NCBI RefSeq assembly: GCF_006345805.1
Contig: NC_043013.1
Span: forward strand, 46,376,001-46,440,000
Origin: Octopus sinensis
Lineage: Eukaryota
Direction of reading: 5' to 3'
DNA: 64,000 bases
A program made the position numbers and the translations under genes. Below are positions 51,737 to 64,000 of the stretch, piece after piece. Position 1 is the first letter of the stretch. Every line of letters starts with the position of its first letter. The notes under the pieces were generated by a model. The model was not told the DNA's origin. It saw nothing but the letters and a program-made list of their open reading frames with translations, and searched no databases.

Positions 51737-52753
51737 TTTACACACACACACACACACAGTATCACTATAATCATCATCAATTTTATAATTTTACATTATA
51801 TCTACAAGCTAACATCACTCATGTCTTTGTGCTTCTCTCTCTCTCACCCCACCCACCACTAATTGGCAACTGGTATCAGTTTAAGTACCAAACTTAAAAT
51901 AAGTACTGTGGTAGGTTTCCTCAACTAAACCCAACAAGACAGTGTTCCAGCATGGCCACAGTCCAAAGACTGAAACTGGCAAAAAAGTACACACACACAC
52001 ACACACAGATATATATACATATATATATTGCTTGCACAGGCTTGAATCTTCAAGTCCTATTAGATCTATATAGGTGATGTTAAGAAATGGAGAGTGTCTT
52101 GTGATATTTACAGCTAGCACAAAGCCTGACCAAAGCTACTTTATTTGAATGAGAGAGAGAGAGAGAGAGAGAGATGGAAGGAGTAGAAAAGACCCCAGGA
52201 CATGAAAAGGCAAAATTGATGTTGCCAGGATCTAAACACAGAACACAATGAACCAAATCCAATTCCACAAAGAAATCTATGTGAATTATTAACAGCTCTG
52301 CAAATTTGTGATAAACATACATATGTTTAAATCTATATTCCAGTAGACACCTGGTAGTATGTTGTTTAAAGTTTGTTCATAAGATTTGGCTACCTGATGT
52401 CGACAACAATTTGGAGGTATTTGCCGATGGATTTACTTCAAAATTTCCTTTCTGTGTGAGTTCATTATGGAGATGGATTGACTACTACACTAACTAAAAT
52501 GTATTGTTATACAAATAAGTGAAAAGGCAAGTAAAAAGACAAAGTACTTTTTTCAGGAGACACATCTGCACCTATAATGCATGACGATTGTACAGCATCT
52601 CACCTGCAAGCTATGGGTCCATGAGTTGAAACGGTTGTAGTGGTTCTCCATAAAGAGTTTTGTGAATTCCATTCATTTATTCAGATATATGTATGTGTTT
52701 AAATATGCAGATATATATACACATATATGTACATACAAATACGTTCATGTATG

Positions 52754-52811
<58 letters not shown>

Positions 52812-53419
52812 TTGTATGTGTGTATGTATGTATACACACAAACAATGAAAGCAGCTCTCTGGCACCATTCTGAAGCACAACCTATCAGATATTAACAGCT
52901 AGCTGATAACATTAAACAGAGGACATAACAATATCCAAAATCTAATTCTGAACCTGCTAATTTTAATAACAAATAACCCTCTGATAACATTATATATGAT
53001 TATAATAAGCAGCTTCCCTTGTATGTGTGTTGCCGTGTGCAATGTTTGCTCATAAGAACGGCTTATATTTGAAGTCTATCTACATAGAAATATATACTCT
53101 TTTTTGTATATTATCCAAATTGTTTTACTTCCGCCTCTAAAACAGTGGTCTTAAAGAAACCATGCTTTATTGTAGGAATTGAGACAACAGCTACGGCCAA
53201 GTTATATGCTGAATTTTAGAAAAGTCTCAAAATTTTATTGTTTCATTCCTAGATTTTATATGCAAACAGTTTGTGTCGGTCACTTCATCTGTCTGAAAAG
53301 GCCGCGGTTTTTAAGATTAGCATATAGTAAATAGAGGGAAGTACCCCAATAATTTTATGAACAAATGTAAAATTAATGATCACGTGAAGCAGTTGTTTAT
53401 GGTTGTATAAGCTATATTT

Positions 53420-53488
53420 GCCCAAGACGCGAAGGGATCGAACCTGCGACCCCATGGTTGCAACGTAAAATTCTTAACCATTCGACAT
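53420..53488 (-). mobile_element. Isolated tRNA-like SINE head
   Basis: Minus strand gaatggttaag (A box)...ggttcgatccc (B box)...cttgggc; no complete cloverleaf. Confidence 0.5.
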
Positions 53489-55919
53489 ATGTTTCGGAGC
53501 GCATACTCTCACATACACTATCCATATTGCTACTTCTTGTTTTTACACTTCAACACCATCTAAGAAGAGTAAGAAAACCAGGAACAAGGAAGTTCGTAAA
53601 GTTGTAATATAACCCGTAGAAAATTGTTTAAGGGGTCATAGCAAGCGTTTTTAAATAGGACCCCTACCCCTCCCGCATACAATGCATCAACTAACCTTTA
53701 GTATATTACTGATATTTTATTACATTGGACGGAAAGCTAAGAGAATGGAGGAAACTCTTCCTCTTTCTTAAAGGCACACCCACCAACATTGCATACCCCC
53801 AACTGTAGTCTTCAGAACAAACACATACGGGTATCGACCCGTACATATGTAGTGGTGTGTGTATAATTAGCCACTGTATAAAAGCAGCAAGAAATAAAAA
53901 AATAAAAATATAGGAATTTATTTTTTTTTTAAATTATCATATCATGTGCTTAATTATTTGGTCTCATAAAATACCAGTATAAACATACACTCACTTCTCC
54001 ATGGAGCACGAATTCATACAAATTTTTTTCCTCCCCGCAGATAGTGACTATCATTTAGTTCAGAGGAAACAACATCCTCACAACCTAAGCACCCTTTTGC
54101 AAACAACCACACAAAAACTACCGAAGTGTTGGCTCTGAGATCGAACACCGGACGACCGAAGCAGACTTTATAATTTTTTTTTTTCTGTTCCCCATCAGAA
54201 CTAATCACAAGTTATGTATATAGATATTTCTAGTTCCAAATAAAGGAATTAACACATTTTATCGTTGACATGAGGTCAGAGTAATTAACTAAGAGAGAAG
54301 TGCGTTGCCGGACTTACAACAATTACTCGGTGACTTCCTGCCGATAGTTCCTCCAATCAAACTTGTTCCAGACATAATCAGTGTTCACTCGGACAATACC
54401 ATATGAATCTCAGACGATTACGACGACCTTCGATTACTAAGATTTACTGTTACTATTAATTTTTAGTCCTTATAATCAATGGTATTCTAGCGGTGACTAT
54501 CTTTATGTTTTTTTCCGAAGCATAGTGTCCGATATACCTCTAAAGACAGGGTGTGACTTGAGAGATTTGGCTGTTATTTCTGATAGGTCGATCGACCAAT
54601 TAGAAGCAAAAGATGAACGAAATTTTGTGTCAATAGGTGAAGGTTTTGTGTGTGTGTGTGTGTGTGTGTGTGTATGAGAGAGAGAGCGAGAGAGAATGTG
54701 AAAGTTCTGATCGAAGGATTGGTTCTGAATATTACAACAGTTGTAAATAAATAGAGGAATACGACATGTTGAGTAGAGAGCCATTCAAAAAAAAAGTTAT
54801 GTTCTAAGATAAATAAATCAAAATTTACGAGTTGGATTGTCCTAGGTGCTTTTGCCGTTCTTATTTAGCCCCAGGTCGACTGTGATCAAACAGACCAAGG
54901 AAAAATACGTAAATTCCACGGCCTTCGCTTCACAACAATGTGATACCGGATTCGATTCCACTGCGTGGAACTTCGGGTAAGTGTGTTCTAACATAACCTC
55001 GGACTGACATCATTGTGCTTGGAATTTGGTAGAAAGAAACGGAGAAAGTCCATCGCTCCGCTTAATATTGGCGAGGAAAAACCGGGAAAAAAAACGGTGT
55101 TTAACGAACGAAGTTCCTTGCAACGGGTTATGCACTCAACTTCGCCATGAACCATTGATTGGCACGTTGGAAACTCGTAACTAACGACGCTTATGGCTCA
55201 AAATTACGATATAAAATAAAAATTAAAGAGATATAGAAATGTGTTATCTAAAGTGCCCTTTCTTGATTTAAGGTGATAATGGTGTCATATGAACTACATT
55301 TAGTTGTTGGAGCCGGTCGAGCGACCACATGAGGTTCTTGGTTAATTTAGTTGATGTCGTCCAAGACCACTCGGCTAGAACAGATCTTAATCATCGGCGG
55401 CATTTCAGCTGTAGCCATCTCGTCTTTTATTCTTTTTTCCTTAATGGAAAAGGGGTAGGATATGTAAGACCGCATTATCTAATGTGTCTTTTTTATAATT
55501 TTATTCTGTAAGTGTGTGATCTTAAGTAGATTAAGGTTCTACTTCTAGCAGGCCGAGAATTAGAGACTCCCCCCATAGTTCGTTCTTAATCATGTTTTAC
55601 TAGATAGCGACAACCATTGAGAATAATAATAATAATAACAATAATAATAATAATAATTCATTGTGTTGAATGCCTGCGCATTTAAAAAAATAGGGAAAAA
55701 GTAACAGCTAAGGACATGCACCCATTCCTTGATTTGTTATGTTTTAATATATCGAGAATGAATGAATCTAATCTGTAGCTTGTGTGTTGCTTGGAAATTG
55801 TTTCCGTACGGTTAAATGTTGCCATATTGTTGTTATTTCCGATGCAAAACGAAAAAAATATGGTTCTTACTGATAAAAAAACAAACACCGACAATCATTT
55901 ATTTATCTATTTTGTGCGC

Positions 55920-55953
<34 letters not shown>

Positions 55954-56372
55954 CACGTCTGTGTGTATTTATGTATGTACGCATGTGTATATGTACACTC
56001 ACGCAACACAAACGTAAATCTCATACGCACCCCTCCGTGTGTATAAATATATCCGTTAACATAACTAGAGGAAGGTTCGAAATATTTCCCACTTTTGCTA
56101 CATAAATGTGTCTATAATATAACACAAACATACGCAAATTAGACGGCTAATGGTGGATCCATTTTAATGACTAAGAACCCATTTGCTCGAAATCCCTATA
56201 CGCCTACATATTCAAATGCACACATCACATACACACGCGCACTGACAGAGAGAGAGAGGGGGAGAGAGGTTTAACTTACTTGTTTTCATTAAAATTTTAG
56301 TCAAAAATGGATTTTTATGTACAATGAGTTTGGTGTCCAACTCAGCTGACTAACGGAGGAGTGTAAAGGTGT

Positions 56373-56376
<4 letters not shown>

Positions 56377-56434
<58 letters not shown>

Positions 56435-56529
56435 AAGACAGATAGATAGATAGATAGAAAGACAGATGATAGATAGATAGATAGATAGATAGAAAGACAG
56501 ATAGATAGATAGATAGATAGAAGACAGAT

Positions 56530-56588
<59 letters not shown>
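56377..56588. repeat. (GATA)n microsatellite
   Basis: Direct inspection. Confidence 0.97.
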
Positions 56589-56589
<1 letters not shown>

Positions 56590-56639
56590 TGGAGAGAGGC
56601 GGACATGCAGTGTTGAAAGAGTAAAAGAAAAATGCAAGA

Positions 56640-57109
56640 CTGGTCAGCAGTCAACACAGACGGAAGAATGGTTGAATGCAGGGTATCAAGAACGGGTAGA
56701 TGGAGGTAGATTTTGATAGATAAGTGGAGTGAAGAAACGAAATAATAGGTAGAATAAAAGGATAGATATATATATATGGATAAAAGAAGAAACGGAAGGG
56801 AGATTGCATGAATAGAAAGACAGAGCAGAGACGCGTGAATGTTTAGAGACGTCTCTCCTCACCCTGTAGACGGAGTGGAAGGGAAACACACGAGGGACTT
56901 GGTACATGGAACAGAAATAGAGAGTGACTGGAAGAATAAGGAGGGACAGAATGATGAGTAGAGTGAAGTGGTTAGAGAGAGAGAGTTGAGAGAAAGAAGA
57001 GGGGAGAAATATTAACTAGAAAGAAGAGTTAGTAAACAACTTCACTAGTGAGTAGACACGGTGTGTAAAGATAGATGAGATTGTAAGGTGACGAAAGGTT
57101 GGTGAGGGT

Positions 57110-57148
<39 letters not shown>

Positions 57149-57830
57149 GAGATATGGTTGGTGAATGAAAGAATGAGAGAGAGAGAGAGAGAGAGAGAGA
57201 GGGTCAAAGTAGATGATGTGAGGAGAAACAAGTTGAAACAGACACAGACGAAAAGACAAATGAAAGGGTGACAATGAGCTCTTAAAGAAATGAAAGGATA
57301 AGAGAGATAAATCAACTAGGGGGGGGGGGAATAGAGAGAAAAGGATAGATAGATGGTAATGTGGATGAGCTGCGAGAGGTGTGAATTGAGAATGAAGAAT
57401 GGTTAATGAGGTAGAGAAAGGCGGAGTGAAGGTGAATGAGGGAGAGAGGGAGAAAGAGAAGAGTAAAAGTAGAGAGAGAGAGGGGGAGCAATAGACTGTG
57501 ATAAAGTGGAGAGAGGAAGAGATAAAGAATAGGGATAGATAAGGAAAGGTGAAGCGGAGAGGGAGAGAAAGGTTGATAGAGAGAAAAAAAAGAGAAAGGG
57601 AAACGGGGATAGGAGAGCAATGAGAATAATGGAGACGCGAGAGAAAAGAAGTGAAGACTGAAGAAAGTTGAGGAGAGGAAGAAGGGAGAAAGAATAAAAA
57701 GGAAGAGAGAAGAGAGAGAGATGGAAATAAGTGAAGATGAACGAGTGATAAGGACAGAAATAGTGGGTAAAAAGTGATCGGAGATGTGACTGTGTGTTCG
57801 TTCCATTGTTGAAAGTGGCATGGATAGTTC
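56640..57830 (+). repeat. Polypurine (GA-rich) low-complexity tract
   Basis: About 1.2 kb dominated by A and G, with (GA)n runs. Confidence 0.85.
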
Positions 57831-59029
57831 CTATATCGACATTGATCGGGACTTGCAGAGAGAGAGAGAGAGGTTTACATAGCAGATCGTTGTCGTTTTT
57901 CTTCATCTACTTCTAAATAAACAGATCAACCACACAGCCACACACACGCATAAATACATTGTATACAAGCATGTCTTCTATACGTATGACTACACCTTTC
58001 AAGAGCCGCACATAAATACACATCTACATAAACAATGGTATTATTACAAGGGGAAATATATATGGAGAGTGCAAAGATATACGAAGCTAATTACATGAAC
58101 ACAATCATATATATTGTCACATAAACATACAAATATGCACACACAGACCTCCTTAGACCAGCAGCCGCAACAACACCAACAGGCAAATTTTAGTTTCAAA
58201 TGTCTGTACACATGGTGACTGTCGGTGTGTTAATAGAGAAAGTGTGTAGACATCTAGCCATTGTCTGTATTAAGACAATTCAATAAACATGATGATGGAT
58301 GATATATGTATATATATGTGTGTGGTCGCTAAGTAAGAAGTCTAGTTGTTTTTACGGGCGGCATAGGAAATATTTAAGAGATTAAAACCAAACAAACACA
58401 ACCTTTCATTTATTCGAAGCATATACTAAATGTAATGAATGAGTAATTGCCAAGCTAATCGAATAATAATTATAATTAAACAAATGATTGATATTCAGAA
58501 AAAATTCCTAAAGGTACTGAAAGAGATACAATCTGTGGTTTACTAAACTCAATCACTAGAAATATAAATCGTATCTTTTTTCTTTTTTTTATATACTAAA
58601 ACCTTAAGGAGTAGTTTCTCAAGTCGTATGTTTGATAGTAATAAATATCAGAAAGGAAATCTATATTTTTTACGTATTTATTAAAAAAAAGAAAGAAATA
58701 TGTGATAGCGAAGGGAGCTCAGTTTAACAGGTATCATGGTTCGGTGGTGGCCAGTAGGGAAAAAGAAAAAAATCTCATCAATGCTAATTTCAGTCATCAG
58801 ACTTTACCAACACAAAACTATATGGAAGTTAACTAAGTATTTATTTCAGTCGTATTAGTGAACGAGTCATGACATGGAAATAAATACAGGCCTGTTTTAA
58901 GTAGGTAATTAGGCGTCAGTGTGACTATAAAGGTATGTCAGTCATTAGTACCATAGAAAAAGGGTGTGTTAAGCGGGCGGCCATAGCGCTGCTTATGGTC
59001 GCTAGTAGCTACCACTAGCTCTTCTTCAA

Positions 59030-59250
59030 CGAGGGAGCCTCCTCTACGTAGTTGCTCGACCGGCTAGAAATAACAGCCAAACATTCCCTCAAATCACACT
59101 CTCCTTTCATAAGAAAAAAAAAATGAAGAACGCATTGGGTTATGTAGTTATATATATGTAAATATACACAAACGGGTTGGTCATAGCTTAAATACCTTTG
59201 ATCATATGTCAGCTCAGTCAGGGCTTACTTGGGGGTTTAAATAACAACAT
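59030..59250 (+). mobile_element. Old dispersed SINE-like repeat (family 5)
   Basis: gttgctcgaccggctagaaataacagccaaacattccctcaaatcacac...cctttgatcatatg...cagggcttacttgggggtttaaataacaac. Confidence 0.75.
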
Positions 59251-61128
59251 CCCATAAGAACGAATTTTTCCGACATCACTTTTAATAGCTTGTACCTTAG
59301 CTTTATACATACATGCATGCATGCATACACAGATATATGTGCGTGTGTACGCGATGCAGTTGTGCAAAAGCATATATGTGTAAGTATGTAGTCTGCATAC
59401 GTGTGTGTATGCATAGAAAGAAGAAAAAAAATACTGAAATCTGAATGAACACATGGAAGGAATAAACAAGTTAAATCGATCATCCTCGGTTATCCGACTT
59501 TATCTCTCTTATTAACACAAAAATGTAGCTTTCACAACTTCTATTAAGACTGGATCAGGATTTCTTTTTATAACCCCGGGGCCACACCAATATGGGGAAA
59601 AAAAAGTAACTAGTTGAAGAGATGGTTGTGCTGGACAGCTAAAAGTGATTACCGCAAAACCTCGCAATAATTTTGTCAGTCATTTGAACACATATAAAGA
59701 AATATTATTAACCAGTGGTTATAATTTCTATATCTTAATTGGCCACCGATTTTGTTTTTGTTTAGGAAACTTTTCTATCTATGCAGATATATAGTTTTTT
59801 TACATTTATCAAGCACGTGATGTTACTGCTTCCATCCATTGCTCTATCACCAACTCTAGTGAAATAAGTCATCATTGACGACCAACAAAATAAATAAATA
59901 TTTCTCTACTCCTGTCTGCGTTTATGGTTTCTTTCATTCGTAATCGATATAGAAGCTACAATAGTAAGGACAAGCCATATCTCTCTCCAAACGACAAACC
60001 ATATCAACGTGATGAAATACGATCTAATTAACGAAAAATTAATTTAAAAAATAATAACTGAATCTATTTTAAAAATGCATTCTAATATAAATATATAAAA
60101 TATATATAGCTATTTATTTATATCAGAAAAGAAAACAGAAGACTGCAATTTTCCTCGCTGAAAGCAAACAGATTAACAAGATGGAAAGAAAGGGTCAGTG
60201 GTGGTCAGTGGCAACAACTCATGATGACTGGTCACTACTAAAAGATAGCCTGGTCATTGCTTTCAAGAAAATCTAGTTTCTACCGACATTCAGGCGTTTG
60301 TTTTATTTTATGTGGCTTATTTTGCGTAGTTCTTTTTCATCTGAAAGGAGGTCCTCATACAGTAAAGAATATTTCGGATGATGAAAAAAGCTAAAAGGTT
60401 TTTAACCAGATAACAAAGCCTTTATATATATATACATATATATATAAATATGAGAACAGATCCCACTACAATATCAATAAAATCCAACCAATATCTCTAA
60501 TCACTTTGAAGTTATTTTCTAATCGAAGAGACACATTGTATGAAAGAAAAGACTTCGATGCATGCTAATCACGATATAGTCACACACACGCATTTGGAAA
60601 ACATAGCGGATATATCATTTTTTAAAGAATCGGCCAGTGTCAACACAATATACAATACATATATCAACGAAGATATATTTCATTAGAATCTTTAAATGTT
60701 TGCAGATATAAAAATTTGCCTAATTCGTTTTCTTTAAGGAAGACAATAGCAGAAGTGAAAAAGCGAAACAAGCAACAGTGTATTGAGTGGAACTATGCAG
60801 CCGACGTCTCTAGGCGAGAAGGCGAAGAGTCGAGCTGATTTGAAGTAAAAATTAGAAGAACCAGAAAAATTAACCCTAAAGAAGATGCCTTTTAGTACGA
60901 ATTGCTGTTTGAATAAGGTTTATAATCAATGTAGGAAGTAAAGAAGCGGTTTGCTCACTTTTACGCTGTTTTCTTTCTCCATACAATGTAAAATGACAGG
61001 ACCAGGTGAGTATGCAAAGAGATACACGGTCGTATTTTTCTCTCTCGTCCTTTTTATTATTATTAAAGCGAAGCATCAAAGAGCAAAGTATTTTTCTAAA
61101 ATAGAAAAAGGATGTGTGAATAACTCAC

Positions 61129-61480
61129 CAGAAATTCTGGTACTCAGGTACCCTCCGTGCGAGCTCAGTCGGTCGTTTTGTAAGGTGGGAGAGAAAAAGT
61201 AGCTTTGGTGGCAAATCCCGTCCCTAGCAGTAGTCGGTGCGCGCTGGGTGCGGGCGGTGGAGGTGGGAACAGGGGGTGCCGTGCGCGTCGGGGTAGGATC
61301 TCCATATAAGGTATGCTGATTATGTACGTCACGCCAGCCTGATGCCCCTGCCCTGATTGGGCAGCCGACCCCCACGTGAATATTATTTGTCGTGGGTAGG
61401 CACAGTGTGGCAATGACGTAGTTCCCCCTCGAGGGCGTGGGGATTTCGTTCGTGTCACAACTTCATAAATAACAAAAGCC
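61129..61480. promoter_or_regulatory. CpG-rich promoter with SRE (Ets-like + CArG), CRE-like, CCAAT, E-box and GC-box motifs
   Basis: AGGATCT-CCATATAAGG (CArG 61302-61311), TACGTCA 61325-61331, CTGATTGG (CCAAT, 61356-61360), CACGTG 61373-61378, TGACGTA 61414-61420, GGGCGTGGGG 61433-61442, CATAAATA 61464-61471; minus-strand donor CTG|GTGAGT at 61128. Confidence 0.7.
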
Positions 61481-62539
61481 ACTAAGCTTCTACTCTATCT
61501 CTATCTCTCCCTCTCTTACTCTCCCATATTTTCACTCTCTCTCCAAATTTTCTTATATATCTATAACTGTTATATGTATGTGTCTGTGTGTACGTGTGTG
61601 TGTATGCGTGTATGTATGTATGTGTGCGTGCGTGTGTGTGTATGTGCGAGTATGTATGTGCGTTTAGTTTCGTTTCTCTTTTTGTAGTGTTTGTAGTCGA
61701 TTAGATTTTAGTTTTCGTTATTAGATGATAGTTTACACACTCAACTGATTAGCTGTGTATTACTATCTCTCTTTCTCTCTCCCCACCTCTTTATCTCTTC
61801 TTTCTTTCTCTCTTTCTATCCCTCTCTCATTCCCCCTCTCTCTCTCTTACTTTCTCTTTCTCTTTCTCTTTTCTCCGTGTTTGTTACACCTCTTTCACTT
61901 TCTCGCCCCTTTTTCTCTTACTCTCTGCCTTTCTCTCCCTCTTTCACACTGTCTTCTGTGTCTCAGCTAATCTAATTATGCTTAGCTGGAGAGAGTCGAG
62001 CTCTAACTTGGCTTTGTCGTGTTTATAGTTACTACTGCAACCAGCTGCAACGACCGTCTAATTCACTTCCATGTCAGTAAATTACAGAAGGGAAAACACC
62101 GAAAAGTCGAAGGTAAAAAAAAAGAAAAATCACAGGAATGAACACGAATGAAGAAGAAAAAAAATATATCAATAAACACCTAGAAACAAACCACTGTATT
62201 ATGTCATAATAGCAAGGCGTTTGATCGGAGCTGGTTATATCTTCGTAGTTTAAACATACTTTAACATTACAGCCGATCCGATCACTACGTGGCATTCAGA
62301 TATCTCTTCTTGTATACAACTTCATGTGTGCGTTCAGACATCATCACTATCAACTTATTAAGTATCATCGTTATCATCTACACGATTATTATATACAGAT
62401 TTTTTTTTTCCTCTGGAAATATATCTCGAGACTAAACTTTTATTTCTCGTTGTTCTACTAACCATAGTTGGGCACCGAACTGACACACCCTTGCTTGCAC
62501 AACAACCAGGGCTTAAGACTCGATCTACATACATAGTGC

Positions 62540-62745
62540 TCGACATGCTAGAAAAAAGAAAGAAAAAAAACGAAACGAAAAGAAATAGCAGCCAAATATT
62601 ACCCTCAAAATTATTACTACCGTTTTCAATAAAGAAGGATACACTAGACAATGTAGTTCTTGCTATACAAAAAAGGGGTTGTATAGTCACGGCTGGAACG
62701 CCTTTGATCAAAAAGTGTTCTCGATCAGGGGTTAAACAACATCAT
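62540..62745 (+). mobile_element. Old dispersed SINE-like repeat (family 5)
   Basis: agaaatagcagccaaatattaccctcaaa...gtcacggctggaacgcctttgatca...ctcgatcaggggttaaacaac. Confidence 0.75.
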
Positions 62746-62929
62746 CATCAGCATCATCATCAACAGCAACAACAGTTCTGGTTACTCGTGAATTATGGCT
62801 GATCCTCGGAGTTATAACTTCCCACTTATTCAGTTTTCACAGACATTCAAGTAAACGATTTTATTTTCATTAAAATTACCGCAATAAATTTTTGTTACGT
62901 AGAAGTTCGGAGTGAGACGAGAGCGAAAC

Positions 62930-62930
<1 letters not shown>

Positions 62931-63009
<79 letters not shown>

Positions 63010-63010
63010 A

Positions 63011-63072
<62 letters not shown>
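62931..63072. repeat. (TATC)n microsatellite
   Basis: Direct inspection. Confidence 0.97.
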
Positions 63073-63073
<1 letters not shown>

Positions 63074-63693
63074 GTCAGTCTGTCATCTGCTTGGCTTGAC
63101 TATGTATCGATTGATCGATCTATCTATATACGTGCTCATACATAATAAATATATATATATGCATGTATATGCATACATACATGCACACACACGCACACAC
63201 GCACGCACTTAACTACCATGGATATATATATATATATATAGTATATATATATATATATTATATATATATATATATATATTCACACATAAACACGATCAAA
63301 CTTGATGTTTACTCGACTACACTCATATTTTAGTTAATATAATATAATATAATATATAATATAATATAATGTAATACACAGATGTATAAGTGTGTATGGG
63401 TATATACACTTACACATACACACACATCTGTCGGACTAGTGATTATGGATTAAACATCTTACACACACAAACATGCATGCACACATACATACATACACAC
63501 ACATATACATACATACATGCATGCATACATACATACAGAGGGCAGTTTAGTCATAACTTATAATTCATAGATTCACACACACACACGCAAGTAGTCACAA
63601 AAACCCGTCCGTGTGTGCGCGTGTGTGCCCCTGTGCTCATGTTCTACCAGTGTGTCTGAGACACGGAAGGAAGAATGGGAGAGAGAAAAAGAG

Positions 63694-63728
<35 letters not shown>

Positions 63729-64000
63729 GAGGGTGGAGATAAGAGTTCACAGAAGTACAATAAATATTTACAAGAAAATATTTGTTAGTCTTGCAGAGAA
63801 TTGTAATGAGAGGGAGGGAGGGAGGGGGTGAAAGAAAGAAGGGAAAAACAAAATGAAATTAAAGAGGGTTTGATAGGTCGATGGCGGAGTGGGGGGTGGG
63901 GGAATTTGAGAGTTTTTTCTGGAGTTACTCCCTTGCTGAATTCCCTTACAGAAGAAGGATGGTCTCACCCTCTACCCTCAGTCTCTCTCTCTCTCTCTCT

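Noticed and set aside
58977-59020. Hairpin followed by CTAG as a Helitron 3' end
   Set aside because: The hairpin abuts CTAG without the usual spacer and no matching 5' TC end was identified
1-64000. Conserved bilaterian miRNA, rRNA or snRNA genes
   Set aside because: I saw no full mature-sequence match by eye, only seed-length coincidences such as tgaaagaca in the minisatellite; a MirGeneDB/Rfam search is needed to exclude them

Overview
AT-rich, microsatellite-saturated eukaryotic non-coding DNA. The repeat families (tRNA-derived CORE-like SINEs, RTE-type tails, massive (TA)n/(GATA)n tracts) look like those of an octopod cephalopod (Octopus-like); the species call is inference. No intact, recognisable protein-coding gene is present, and almost all ORFs in the track are translations of simple repeats. 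The window is a patchwork of transposable elements: at least four SINE-like families, a decayed CR1-type LINE (about 41.4-46.0 kb) split by younger insertions, an RTE fragment, an internally deleted mariner, hAT-, piggyBac- and Merlin-like MITEs, and two non-autonomous Helitrons. The most interesting signals are four: (i) four copies, in two related (TA)n-embedded repeat families, of a minimal type I hammerhead-ribozyme-like motif with covarying stem I, as seen in Penelope-like elements and retrozymes; (ii) a CpG-rich regulatory island at about 61.2-61.5 kb with a c-fos-like SRE (Ets-like site plus CArG box), two CRE-like sites, a CCAAT box, an E-box and a GC box; (iii) a second island at about 15.6-15.8 kb with a C/EBP-ATF (AARE) site and CRE-like sites; (iv) an ungapped inverted repeat with 131-nt arms at 29.5-29.8 kb. 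A few candidate small exons and microexons suggest the window may be mostly intron/5' region of a large gene whose identity cannot be read here. All coordinates and counts were made by eye.
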